From Eledone cirrhosa (lineage: Eukaryota): 64,000 nucleotides of DNA. Position numbers and translations under genes: made by a program. This document shows positions 30,931 to 45,929 of this stretch, piece after piece (the stretch's first letter is position 1; each line of letters opens with the position of its first letter). Below the pieces are notes generated by a model. The model worked only from the letters and a program-made list of their open reading frames with translations, made no database searches and was not told the origin of the DNA. The DNA is taken from the NCBI GenBank assembly GCA_964016885.1, contig OZ024740.1:390352001-390416000 (forward strand). The letters run 5' to 3'.

Positions 30931-31148
30931 CAGACGTGTCAACAGACATGTCAACAGACCTGTCAACTCTCCCCTTACGACGGGGAGATCTCTCACCCAC
31001 TCCAAAGTGGGTGAGAGATGTCTTCTCTTGTGAAAATGGGTATAGCTTTCATTATGTAAAATCTCTCCATTTTGCCCACTTCTCCCCGTTTTGGGCAATT
31101 TTTATTCACGGTACTCCCCATTTGGCTTTCTAGCGGTTGGCAGGTCTG
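30931..31148. mobile_element. MITE with triplicated left terminus
   Basis: cagacctgtcaac/gttggcaggtctg; flanking direct repeat gcgtaa; internal hairpin. Confidence 0.65.
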
Positions 31149-31263
31149 GCGTAATTCAATATCTATTTTTGAATGCCAACCAAAGCACAGTATTTTACAT
31201 TTACTTAGTCATTTTCCTACCACTATTTCTAATGGTGGAGACTATAGTTGATGCAGTCACAAT

Positions 31264-31883
31264 GGTTTCTTATGACACAAGGCCAGCAATTTGGGGGAGG
31301 GGAAAGTCGATTAAATCGACCCCAGTGCGTGTCTGGTACTTTATTTTATCGACCCCGTAAGGATGAAAGGCAAAGTTAACCTCGGCGGGATTTGAACTCA
31401 GACCATAAAGGGCCGTAACTCTTCGCTGCAAAGCATGGCATACGACCCTCTACCGATACTGCCAATCTACCGCCCTAATAATTGTTTCTACTTTAGGCAC
31501 AAGGCCAGCAAATACCCAGTGCATTACTGGTACGTTATTTTATCGACCCCGTAAGGATGAAAGGCAAAGTTAACCTCGGCGGGATTTGAACTCAGATCGT
31601 AAAGGGACGTAACTCTTTGCGTCAAAGCATGGCGTCCGACCCTCTACTGATACTGCCAATCCACAATGGTTTCTTATATAGGCACAAGGCCAGTAATTTG
31701 GGGGGGGAGGGGAAAGTCGATTAAATCGACCCCAGTGCGTGACTGGTACTTTATTTTATCGACCCCATAAGGATGAAAGGCAAAGTTAACCTCGGCGGGA
31801 TTTGAACTCAGATCATAAAGGGCCGTAACTCGCTGCAAAGCATGGCGTCCGACGCTCTACCAATACTGCCAAGCCACCGCCCT
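31264..31883 (-). mobile_element. Family A SINE trimer
   Basis: Three well-conserved head-to-tail units, flanked by gatgcagtca(c/t)aat. Confidence 0.9.
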
Positions 31884-31985
31884 CGATGCAGTCATAATAA
31901 AATCGAAACCTGTCCGAGGTCATCATTAGTACTTTCCGAAAGAATTAAAACAATATTAACCATTGCTTATTATTGTAACTAGCAG

Positions 31986-32168
31986 GGCGGTGGATTGGCA
32001 GTATCGGTAGAGGGTCGGACGCCATGCTTTCTAGTTACGTCCCTTTACCATCTGAGTTCAAATCCCGCCGAGGTTGACTTTGCCTTTCATCCTTACGGGG
32101 TCGATAGAATAAAGTACCAGTAATGCACTGGGTTATTGCTGGCCTTGTGCCTAAAGTAGAAACAATTA
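31986..32168 (+). mobile_element. Full-length family A SINE with TSD
   Basis: TSD attattgtaactagcag at 31969 and 32165. Confidence 0.9.
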
Positions 32169-33191
32169 TTGTAACTAGCAGAAAAACCACCATTCGGGTG
32201 GTTTTCTTCTGGCATGTGTAGTGTGTATATCGATATTATACGCAAATATATATGCATGTCGATATGATGCATCAAATAAAATCGTAATTGACAATATCCA
32301 CAGAAATTGAACGAAGACTACGTTACACTCTCTTATGTAATCAATAACGTAATCCATGATACATTAAAAAAAGACGATATTATATAAACTGGTTAGGAGG
32401 AAATTAGTGACGGAAATATATGAATGTTTATTTAAGCGATCGCTAACCGGAAGTGTTGACATTTGAACATTTTAAAGAATCTTTAAATAAGCAATAACAT
32501 GTATTTAATCAAGAGCTACGAAATTTAGTAGATAAATTATGTAATATTCATTCATTATTTATTCAAAGTAATCCAACTTATTTTAGAAACGATATATGTG
32601 CATATATCACGCGGGTGACAAGACACATATATGAAGACAAAGTAATTTCAATAATTCATTGCATCACTTAAAAATCACGAAGAACTTGCAGCATCTTCCT
32701 CTCTATGCCACACCTATAGCGTAGTTCTGTGTAACTATATGGAAAATATACGCATAATTAATTGGACTCGGTTATTTGATAATTTAAGTGTATTGGACAG
32801 CATTAGACCTCCCGAACGGCAATTCAACATCTTAATTACTCTGTTTGTGCGTCTATAGTCAGATATATGCTTAAATAGTATCACGTACTCATTGAATTAT
32901 AATTTTAAACACCTCCTTACTTACGGTTCAGCGCACCGAAACGCAAATACACACACACAGCATATATACATCTTTGTAAAGACAAATGTGTATTTATATA
33001 AAGCTATTTATATGTTGAGCAATTGAAGGAGCATCTGTGTCGTACATCGACCAGCTATAAATAGCAGACAAATCTTCAACCATTTTCTAAAAGAACATAT
33101 TGGATAATTAGTGTCATCTTTGATTACAACATGTCCGGAAGTGACGAGTTGTTGTCATGGCTGGAATATATTTTGATGACTTGTCTGTCTA

Positions 33192-33617
33192 GGGCAGTGG
33201 ATTGCCAGTATCGGTAGAGCGTCGAGCAACATGCTTTATTGCATATAGTTACATCCTTTTAACGTTCTGGGTTCAAATCCCGCTGAGGTTAGCCTAGCCT
33301 TTCGCCTTTACGGGGTCGATAAAATAAAGTACCAGTAACCCACTGGGGTCGATTTAATCGATTTTATGTCTCCAAAATTGCTGGCTTTGTACCTAAATCA
33401 GAAACCATTATTGGTCTCTTTTCTTCATCAGAAACTGACCTCGAGTTTAATAATAATTGTTTCTACTTTTGGCACAAGGCCAGAAATTACCCTAGTGTAT
33501 TACTGGTGCTTTATTTTATCGACCCCGTAAGGATGAAAAGCAAAGCTAACTTCGACGGGATTTTGAACTCAGAACGTAAAGGGCCATAACTCTATGCTGC
33601 AAAGCATACTGCCAATA
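33192..33617. mobile_element. Two tail-to-tail family A SINEs (33192-33410 +, 33450-33617 -)
   Basis: Family motifs on both strands. Confidence 0.85.
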
Positions 33618-34109
33618 TTGAGCTTAACAATAATGATAACACCTCCATCACCAGAACCAGCAGCAGTAGTAGCAGTACCAGCGCTACCTTCCAAACAAAA
33701 TAAGTCTCTATGTAGTAATTTTTACTTCCTAAAAATAGCACTCAAACGTCCCTTAAATCATATCCTACAACGATCGTGTAGAGATTCACTGATTCATTAT
33801 ATGAAAATATATTAAACTCTTCACTAATTTACATGTCATCGTTGCGAACGTTGTAGTTTAGTATTAGGTAAGCCTTTATCTAAAAGACCTAAAACAACAA
33901 ACAGATGCTACAGCGTTGCCCATCCCCACCAGAAACATTATTTAATTTGTCCTTCTTTTTTAAGCCGGAAGGATGGGATTTGAAGGTTTTTGGCTCCTTT
34001 AACTTTTGCTTACTCTTAACGTTTTATATTGTTGAGTATGCGATTTACGCCAGTGATTGAGCTTTTTGTTAATTTGCCAATTTCACTATCGATTAAGGGG
34101 TAGGGAATT

Positions 34110-37100
34110 ACACTAGATTGGGGTTCTTTACGTTCTTTACTAGGTCCATAGGGATTCTTTACGTTGTGTACTAGGTCCATAGGGATTCTTTATGTTGTTT
34201 ACTAGGTCCTTAGGGATTATTGCGTTGTTTACTAGGTCCTTAGGGATTATTTACGTTGTTTACTAGGACCATAGGGATTATTTACGTTGTTTACTAGGTC
34301 CATAGGGATTTTTTACGTTGTTTACTAGGACCTTAGGGATTCTTTACGTTGTTTACTAGGTCCATAGGGATTCTTTATGTTCTTTACTAGGTCCTTAGGG
34401 ATTCTTTACGTTCTTTACTAGGTCCATAGGGATTCTTTACGTTGTTTACTAGGTCCATAGGGATTCTTTATGTTCTTTACTAGGTCCTTAGGGATTCTTT
34501 ACGTTCTTTACTAGGTCCATAGGGATTCTTTACGTTGTTTACTAGGTCCATAGGGATTCTTTATGTTCTTTACTAGGTCCTTAGGGATTCTTTACGTTCT
34601 TTACTAGGTCCATAGGGATTCTTTATGTTATTTACTAGGTCCATAGGGATTCTTTATGTTCTTTACTAGGTCCATAGGGATTATTTACGTTGTTTACTAG
34701 GTCCATAGGGATTCTTTATGTTCTTTACTAGGTCAATAGGGATTCTTTATGTTCTTTACTAGGTCCATAGGGATTCTTTATGTTCTTTACTAGGTCAATA
34801 GGGATTCTTTATGTTCTTTACTAGGTCCATAGGGATTCTTTATGTTCTTTACTAGGTCAATAGGGATTCTTTATGTTCTTTACTAGGTCCATAGGGATTC
34901 TTTATGTTCTTTACTAGGTCCATAGGAATTCTTTATGTTCTTTACTAGGTCAATAGGGATTCTTTATGTTCTTTACTAGGTCCATAGGGATTCTTTATGT
35001 TCTTTACTAGGTCAATAGGGATTCTTTATGTTCTTTACTAGGTCCATAGGGATTCTTTATGTTCTTTACTAGGTCAATAGGGATTCTTTATGTTCTTTAC
35101 TAGGTCCATAGGGATTCTTTATGTTCTTTACTAGGTCCATAGGGATTCTTTATGTTCTTTACTAGGTCCATAGGGATTCTTTATGTTCTTTACTAGGTCA
35201 ATAGGGATTCTTTATGTTCTTTACTAGGTCCATAGGGATTCTTTATGTTCTTTACTAGGTCAATAGGGATTCTTTATGTTCTTTACTAGGTCCATAGGGA
35301 TTCTTTATGTTCTTTACTAGGTCCATAGGGATTCTTTATGTTCTTTACTAGGTCAATAGGGATTCTTTATGTTCTTTACTAGGTCCATAGGGATTCTTTA
35401 CGTTATTTACTAGGTCCATAGGGATTCTTTATGTTCTTTACTAGGTCCATAGGGATTCTTTACGTTGTTTACTAGGTCCTTAGGGATTCTTTACGTTGTT
35501 TACTAGGTCCTTAGGGATTATTTACGTTGTTTACTAGTTCTATAGGGAATCTTTACGTTGTTTACTAGGACCATAGGGATTCTTTACGTTGTTTACTAGG
35601 TCCATAGAGGTTCTTTACGTTGTTTACTAGGACCATAGGGATTCTTTACGTTGTTTACTAGGTCCATAGAGGTTCTTTACGTTGTTTACTAGGTCCATAG
35701 GGATTCTTTACGTTGTTTACTAGGTCCATAAAGGTTTCTTTACGTTGTTTACTAGGTCCATAAAGGTTCTTTACGTTGTTTACTAGGTCCATAGGATAGG
35801 GATTATTGGCGTTGTTTACTAGGTCCATAATCTTTCTTTACGTTGTTTACTAGTTCCATAGGGATTCTTTACGTTGTTTACTAGGATCATAGGGATTCTT
35901 TACGTTGTCTACTAGGTCCATAGAGGTTCTTTACGTTGTCTACTAGGTCCATAGAGGTTCTTTACGTTGTTTACTAGGTCCATAGGGATTTTTTACGTTG
36001 TTTACTAGGTCCATAAAGGTTTCTTTACGTTGTTTACTAGTTCCATAGGGATTCTTTACGTTGTTTACTAGGACCATAGGGATTCTTTACGTTGTTTACT
36101 AGGTCCATAGGGATTCTTTACGTTGTTTACTAGGACCATAGTGATTTTTACGTTGTTTACTAGGTCCATAAAGGTTTCTTTACGTTGTTTACTAGGTCCA
36201 TAGGATTATTTACGTTGTTTACTAGGACCATATGGATTTTTTACGTTGTTTACTAGGTCCATAAAGGTTTCTTTACGTTGTTTACTAGGTCCATATGGAT
36301 TATTTACGTTGTTTACTAGGTCCTTAGGGATTCTTTACGTTCTTTACTAGGTCCATAGAGATTCTTTACGTTGTTTACTAGGTCCATAGGGATTCTTTAT
36401 GTTGTTTACTAGGTCCTTAGAGATTCTTTACGTTGTTTACTAGGTCCATAAAGGTTTCTTTACGTTGTTTACTAGGTCCATATGGATTATTTACGTTGTT
36501 TACTAGGTCCATAGGGATTCTTTACACTGTTTACTAGGTCCATAGAGGTTCTTTACGTTGTTTACTAGTTCCATAGGGATTCTTTACGTTGTTTACTAGG
36601 ATCATAGGGATTCTTTACGTTGTTTACTAGGTCCATAGGGATTCTTTACGTTGTTTACTAGGTCCATAGGGATTTTTTACGTTGTTTACTAGGTCCATAG
36701 GGATTATTTACGTTGTTTACTATGACCATAGGGATTTTTTACGTTGTTTACTAGGTCCATAGGGATTATTTACGTTGTTTACTAGGTCCATAGGGATTTT
36801 TTACGTTGTTTACTAGGTCCATAAAGGTTTCTTTACGTTGTTTACTAGGTCCATAGAGATTTATTACGTTGTTTACTAGGTCCTTAGGGATTATTTACGT
36901 TGTTTACTAGGTCCATAGAGGTTCTTTACGTTGTTTACTAAGTCCATAGGGATTCTTTACGTTGTTTACTAGGTCCTTAGGGATTATTTACGTTGTTTAC
37001 TAGGTCCATAGGGATTATTTACGTTGTTTACTAGGTCCATAGATGTTCTTTACGTTGTTTACTAGGTCCATAGAGATTATTTACGTTGTTTACTAGGTCC

Positions 37101-40100
37101 ATAGAGATTATTTACGTTGTTTACTAGGTCCATAGGGATTATTTACGTTGTTTACTAGGTCCATAGAGATTATTTACGTTGTTTACTAGGTCCATAGGGA
37201 TTATTTACGTTGTTTACTAGGTCCATAGATGTTCTTTACGTTGTTTACTAGGTCCATAGGGATTATTTACGTTGTTTACTAGGTCCATAGGGATTATTTA
37301 CGTTGTTTACTAGGTCTATAGATGTTCTTTACGTTGTTTACTAGGTCCATAGAGATTATTTACGTTGTTTACTAGGTCAATAGGGATTATTTACGTTGTT
37401 TACTAGGCCCATAGATGTTCTTTACGTTGTTTACTAGGTCCATAGAGATTCTTTACGTTGTTTACTAGGTCCATAGGGATTATTTACGTTGTTTACTAGG
37501 TCCATAGATGTTCTTTACGTTGTTTACTAGGTCCATAGGGATTATTTACGTTGTTTACTAGGTCCATAGGGATTATTTACGTTGTTTACTAGGTCCATAG
37601 ATGTTCTTTACGTTGTTTACTAGGTCCATAGGGATTATTTACGTTGTTTACTAGGTCCATAGGGATTCTTTACGTTGTTTACTAGGTCCATAGATGTTCT
37701 TTACGTTGTTTACTAGGTCCATAGGGATTATTTACGTTGTTTACTAGGTCCATAGGGATTATTAATGTTGTTTACTAGGTCCATAGGGATTGTTTATGTT
37801 GTTTACTAGGTCCATAGGGATTCTTTACGTTGTTTACTAGGTCCATAGATGTTATTTACGTTGTTTACTAGGTCAATAGGGATTATTTACGTTGTTTACT
37901 AGGTCCTTAGGGATTCTTTACGTTGTTTACTAGGTCCATAGATGTTCTTTACGTTGTTTACTAGGTCCATAGGGATTATTTACGTTGTTTACTAGGTCCA
38001 TAGGGATTCTTTACGTTGTTTACTAGGTCCATAGATGTTCTTTACGTTGTTTACTAGGTCAATAGGGATTATTTACGTTGTTTACTAGGTTCATAGATGT
38101 TCTTTACGTTGTTTACTAGGTCCATAGGGATTATTTACGTTGTTTACTAGGTCCATAGACGTTCTTTACGTTGTTTACTAGGTCCATAGGGATTATTTAT
38201 GTTGTTTACTAGGTCCATAGGGATTGTTTATGTTGTTTACTAGGTCCATAGGGATTCTTTACGTTGTTTACTAGGTCCATAGATGTTCTTTACGTTGTTT
38301 ACTAGGTCAATAGGGATTATTTACGTTGTTTACTAGGTCCATAGGGATTCTTTACGTTGTTTACTAGGTCCATAGATGTTCTTTACGTTGTTTACTAGGT
38401 CCATAGGGATTATTTACGTTGTTTACTAGGTCCATAGGGATTATTAATGTTGTTTACTAGGTCCATAGGGATTGTTTATGTTGTTTACTAGGTCCATAGG
38501 GATTCTTTACGTTGTTTACTAGGTCCATAGATGTTATTTACGTTGTTTACTAGGTCAATAGGGATTATTTACGTTGTTTACTAGGTCCTTAGGGATTCTT
38601 TACGTTGTTTACTAGGTCCATAGATGTTCTTTACGTTGTTTACTAGGTCCATAGGGATTATTTACGTTGTTTACTAGGTCCATAGGGATTCTTTACGTTG
38701 TTTACTAGGTCCATAGATGTTCTTTACGTTGTTTACTAGGTCAATAGGGATTATTTACGTTGTTTACTAGGTTCATAGATGTTCTTTACGTTGTTTACTA
38801 GGTCCATAGGGATTATTTACGTTGTTTACTAGGTCCATAGACGTTCTTTACGTTGTTTACTAGGTCCATAGGGATTATTTATGTTGTTTACTAGGTCCAT
38901 AGGGATTGTTTATGTTGTTTACTAGGTCCATAGGGATTCTTTACGTTGTTAACTAGGTCCATAGATGTTCTTTACGTTGTTTACTAGGTCAATAGGGATT
39001 ATTTACGTTGTTTACTAGGTCCATAGGGATTCTTTACGTTGTTTACTAGGTCCATAGATGTTCTTTACGTTGTTTACTAGGTCCATAGGGATTATTTACG
39101 TTGTTTACTAGGTCCATAGATGTTCTTTACGTTGTTTACTAGGTCAATAGGCATTATTTACGTTGTTTACTAGGTCCATAGGGATTATTTATGTTGTTTA
39201 CTAGGTCCATAGGGATTGTTTATGTTGTTTACTAGGTCCATAGGGATTCTTTACGTTGTTTACTAGGTCCATAGATGTTCTTTACGTTGTTTACTAGGTC
39301 CATAGGGATTATTTACGTTGTTTACTAGGTCCATAGGGATTATTTATGTTGTTTACTAGGTCCATAGGGATTGTTTATGTTGTTTACTAGGTCCATAGGG
39401 ATTCTTTACGTTGTTTACTAGGTCCATAGATGTTCTTTACGTTGTTTACTAGGTCAATAGGGATTATTTACGTTGTTTACTAGGTCCATAGGGATTCTTT
39501 ACGTTGTTTACTAGGTCCATAGATGTTCTTTACGTTGTTTACTAGGTCAATAGGGATTATTTACGTTGTTTACTAGGTCCATAGGGATTCTTTACGTTGT
39601 TTACTAGGTCCATAGATGTTCTTTACGTTGTTTACTAGGTCCATAGGGATTCTTTACGTTGTTTACTAGGTCCATAGATGTTCTTTACGTTGTTTACTAG
39701 GTCAATAGGGATTATTTACGTTGTTTACTAGGTCCATAGATGTTCTTTACGTTGTTTACTAGGTCAATAGGGATTATTTACGTTGTTTACTAGGTCCATA
39801 GGGATTCTTTACGTTGTTTACTAGGTCCATAGATGTTCTTTACGTTGTTTACTAGGTCGATAGGGATTATTTACGTTGTTTACTAGGTCCATAGGGATTA
39901 TTTATGTTGTTTACTAGGTCCATAGGGATTGTTTATGTTGTTTACTAGGTCCATAGGGATTCTTTACGTTGTTTACTAGGTCCATAGATGTTCTTTACGT
40001 TGTTTACTAGGTCAATAGGGATTATTTACGTTGTTTACTAGGTCCATAGGGATTCTTTACGTTGTTTACTAGGTCCATAGATGTTCTTTACGTTGTTTAC

Positions 40101-41850
40101 TAGGTCCATAGGGATTATTTACGTTGTTTACTAGGTCCATAGATGTTCTTTACGTTGTTTACTAGGTCAATAGGCATTATTTACGTTGTTTACTAGGTCC
40201 ATAGGGATTATTTATGTTGTTTACTAGGTCCATAGGGATTGTTTATGTTGTTTACTAGGTCCATAGGGATTCTTTACGTTGTTTACTAGGTCCATAGATG
40301 TTCTTTACGTTGTTTACTAGGTCCATAGGGATTATTTACGTTGTTTACTAGGTCCATAGGGATTATTTATGTTGTTTACTAGGTCCATAGGGATTGTTTA
40401 TGTTGTTTACTAGGTCCATAGGGATTCTTTACGTTGTTTACTAGGTCCATAGATGTTCTTTACGTTGTTTACTAGGTCAATAGGGATTATTTACGTTGTT
40501 TACTAGGTCCATAGGGATTATTTACGTTGTTTACTAGGTCCATAGATGTTCTTTACGTTGTTTACTAGGTCAATAGGGATTATTTACGTTGTTTACTAGG
40601 TCCATAGGGATTCTTTACGTTGTTTACTAGGTCCATAGATGTTCTTTACGTTGTTTACTAGGTCCATAGGGATTCTTTACGTTGTTTACTAGGTCCATAG
40701 ATGTTCTTTACGTTGTTTACTAGGTCAATAGGGATTATTTACGTTGTTTACTAGGTCCATATATGTTCTTTACGTTGTTTACTAGGTCAATAGGGATTAT
40801 TTACGTTGTTTACTAGGTCCATAGGGATTTTTTACGTTGTTTACTAGGTCCATAGATGTTCTTTACGTTGTTTACTAGGTCGATAGGGATTATTTACGTT
40901 GTTTACTAGGTCCATAGGGATTATTTATGTTGTTTACTAGGTCCATAGGGATTGTTTATGTTGTTTACTAGGTCCATAGGGATTCTTTACGTTGTTTACT
41001 AGGTCCATAGATGTTCTTTACGTTGTTTACTAGGTCAATAGGGATTATTTACGTTGTTTACTAGGTCCTTAGGGATTCTTTACGTTGTTTACTAGGTCCA
41101 TAGATGTTCTTTACGTTGTTTACTAGGTCCATAGGGATTATTTACGTTGTTTACTAGGTCCATAGGGATTCTTTACGTTGTTTACTAGGTTCATAGGGAT
41201 TCTTTACGTTGTTTACTAGGTTCATAGGGATTATTTACGTTGTTTACTAGGTCCATGGGGATTATTTACGTTGTTTACTAGGTCCATGGGGATTATTTAC
41301 GTTGTTTACTAGGTTCATAGGGATTATTTACGTTGTTTACTAGGTTCATAGGGATTATTTACGTTGTTTACTAGGTCCATAGGGATTATTTACGTTGTTT
41401 ACTAGGTCCTTAGAGATTATTTACGTTGTTTACTAGGTCCATAGGGATTATTTACGTTGTTTACTAGGTTCATAGATGTTCTTTACGTTGTTTACTAGGT
41501 CCATAGGGATTATTTACGTTGTTTACTAGGTCCATAGACGTTCTTTACGTTGTTTACTAGGTCCATAGAGATTATTTACGTTGTTTACTAGGTTCATAGG
41601 GATTATTTACGTTGTTTACTAGGTCCATAGACGTTCTTTACGTTGTTTACTAGGTCCATAGGGATTATTTACGTTGTTTACTAGGTCCATAGGGATTCTT
41701 TACGTTCTTTACTAGGTCCATAGGGATTATTTACGTTGTTTACTAGGTCCATAGACGTTCTTTACGTTGTTTACTAGGTCCATAGAGATTATTTACGTTG
41801 TTTACTAGGTTCATAGGGATTATTTACGTTGTTTACTAGGTCCATAGGGA
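34110..41850. repeat. 31-bp satellite array, about 250 units
   Basis: Unit actaggtccatagggattctttacgttgttt, contiguous with no spacers. Confidence 0.97.
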
Positions 41851-42785
41851 GATTTGAACATTACTCTACCAGCTCACGAAGTGATCTTGAAATTAAACAG
41901 TATTTTCGCTGTGGGATGTAGTTGTTCTTGTTTAACCGTAGATCTCATTTGATTGAGGAGATATATGATTAAAGGTATTCAATTACACCTTTTCGTACAT
42001 CTGATTAAATTTTCGGCAACATTTTTTTGTGTCACTTTAGAAGATTTGACTGCTATTTCTAGCATGCAGAACGCCTGCTTCCTTGAAAGTTCGTTAGTAG
42101 TGAGATGTGCATAAATATGACATCTATCTGCAGCTAATTGATAAGATCTATCGATAATTTTGTGTCTTTGTCATGTAGACTGTGTAGTATCATCGGAGAT
42201 GTGACCCACCCGGTGTAACTTCTCAATTTACAAGTTAGTAGTCACATGCAGCTTCAGTTATCTCTCCTCACCCAGCTTAAGTGAAAGGTGCAAGATCCTC
42301 ACGTAGGTGAATGAAATAATCGAAATTATGAAATCGATATATTTCACACTTCTCATAGAGACATTTACTGCAGGAACACGAAAGAAATTCTAACGAGAAC
42401 TGAAAACATGTCGCTGTTTCCTATTAACCGAGAAATTCTTATTGTCACCACAATATAGGATTGTGATAGTCAAAGATTTTCGTAGTTTCGGCGTGGGTGG
42501 TTTAACTTGGAAGGTTTGATAGATGGAAGGGAAAAAGCCAGAAAGCTAGGCTTAGATCAAACAACGATATAAGAAAAGAACATTATAGAATTAATAAAAT
42601 CATCTGATTCTTATGAACTATTTTACAGAGAGATACTAATTAGTTAGATTGTTCTCACGCTTTCACAAAACAGTTGTTACATAATCATGATTAGAATTTA
42701 TAACTAACTATCTCGCTTGCAACTAGCTAACCTAACCAGCTAGCAAACCTAATCGGTTAGAGAGCTGGTTAGTTTACTACTAGTG

Positions 42786-44007
<1,222 letters not shown>

Positions 44008-44008
44008 G

Positions 44009-44616
44009 TCAGGTCACCAGTTGGTGCTACTGGTAACATGTATCCCAGTGCAACCTGTCCCATGGTCGGGTCGTTGGCGACTAAACTGGCAACCCCACCA
44101 AGGTTTCTTGGTGAGGAGGGTGACTTTGGACATCCTGCAGGACTAAAAACAAAACCTGTCAAAGGGCAAAGGAGCTCTTAAGAGTCAATGGCCATCCAAA
44201 ATCACCGGGAGAGATGACCCCTTAGCCTTTGTCAAGGCAGAATTCTAGGAGAAGGAAAACTCTGATATAACACCTGCAACCCTGATGGTATCCAATGATG
44301 TTGACTTGTTCTTCTTTTTGGTAAATATCATCTTGGTTAAGAGAGTGGGACTGGCTTTGTGCAGTGCCTTTGCTCACTATAAAAGCTTCACGGCACAGGC
44401 ATTGCTTTATATCTGGAGATCTCTCTGCACTTGTCGTCACATGGTACCATGGGCCCAGCACTGTGTGTCAGTAATTGTCACAAGTGTAGTGTTTGTACCA
44501 GAGTTTTCAAGACGCTGGCTGGACTAAAAAGTCACACTTGTTCAGCGCATCGGTAGGGGTTCTCCTACATGGATATAAAGTAGTGGCCGTACTCGAAAAC
44601 GAGTTGGCAGCCACCA
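44009..44616 (+). mobile_element. Full-length family X element (608 bp), bipartite non-autonomous RTE derivative in (TATG)n
   Basis: RTE-5'UTR-like ctaggagaaggaaaactctga; 3' part encodes relic CSVCTRVFKTLAGLKSH zinc-finger-like motif; terminal stem-loop; (TATG)n both sides. Confidence 0.85.
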
Positions 44617-44649
44617 TGTATGTATGTATGTATGTACGTATGTATGTAC

Positions 44650-44680
<31 letters not shown>

Positions 44681-44846
44681 TGTACGTATGTATGTATTTG
44701 TGTACGTATGTATGTATGTATATATGTATGTATATATGTATATATGTATATATGTATGTATGTATATATGTATGTATGTATGTATGTATGTACGTATGTA
44801 TGTATTTGTGTACGTATGTATGTATGTATATATGTATGTATATATG

Positions 44847-44880
<34 letters not shown>

Positions 44881-45480
44881 TGTATGTATGTATGTATGTA
44901 TGTATGTATGTATGTATGTATGTATGCGTGTGTATATGTATGTATGTATGTATGTACGTATGTATGTACGTATGTATGTATGTATGTATGTATGTATGTA
45001 TGTATGTATGTATGTATGTATGTATGTATATATGTATGTACGTATGTATGTATATACGTATATACGTATGTACCTATGTATGTGTGTATGTATGTGTATG
45101 TGTATATTTATATATTGCTATATACACCGGTAGGGAAGGAAGTAGAGACGGAGTAAAACAGAAATGAAAGAATGCAAATGTGACTTGCATATTGAATATG
45201 CTTTCACGAGTAACAGATCGATAGTTCGGTATATGTTGATATACACATGGCCTTACACGTGCTGTAGAAGTGGTGCGATATGATAATATTATACAAGACA
45301 AAGACACATCTGAACGCTCAATGAGTAGGCCTTATCAGGCCCTGGTCTAAATAAGTGACTTTACCTAAACAAAACCATACATGCTCACACATATTCACAC
45401 AGAGACACACACACATACATACATACAGACACACACACACACACACATACATACACATGCACACACACACACACATATAA

Positions 45481-45573
<93 letters not shown>

Positions 45574-45663
45574 TATATATATATATATATATATATACCC
45601 ATTGTAAGTTGACGTTGGAGGTTTATACTTTGGATATGTCACTATCTTATACATCAAATATTG

Positions 45664-45723
45664 TATTTTATCTGATGCAAGCATACTACAGTTTAGTATC
45701 CTTGAAATATGTATAATAAAATA
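45664..45723 (+). ncRNA. Hammerhead motif homologous to 18040, core A9C
   Basis: tattttat-CTGATGC-aag.atacta(cagtt)tagtat.ctt-GAAA-tatgta-TA-ataaaata. Confidence 0.65.
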
Positions 45724-45929
45724 AATATGATGCTATATTTTCCATTTATTACGATTGTTAATAATATATTATATGTATATATATATTAACGTTGTTCGAC
45801 CTCCGTCGGTCTCGACGACGAGTCTTCAAATTTTCACTGTGAAATAACGTGTTCTGGCAAACCATCCGCCAGCTTTGTAATAAAAATTCCTTCACACCTG
45901 CTATCATGAACGAGTCTGGGGGGTCTCCT

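Noticed and set aside
31986-32070. tRNA genes at A/B-box sites
   Set aside because: Box spacing is too long, there is no cloverleaf, and they continue into SINE body and tail
34110-41850. 31-bp array as CRISPR
   Set aside because: Contiguous units without unique spacers, no cas genes, eukaryotic context
44009-44150. HDV-like ribozyme call for the X leader
   Set aside because: Could not place P3/L3 with the P1.1 CC-GG pairing; left as an unclassified structure
44222-44527. Recurrent 70-80 aa ORFs in family X copies
   Set aside because: They recur only because the copies are near-identical; not conserved in variants Y/Z and no recognisable domain
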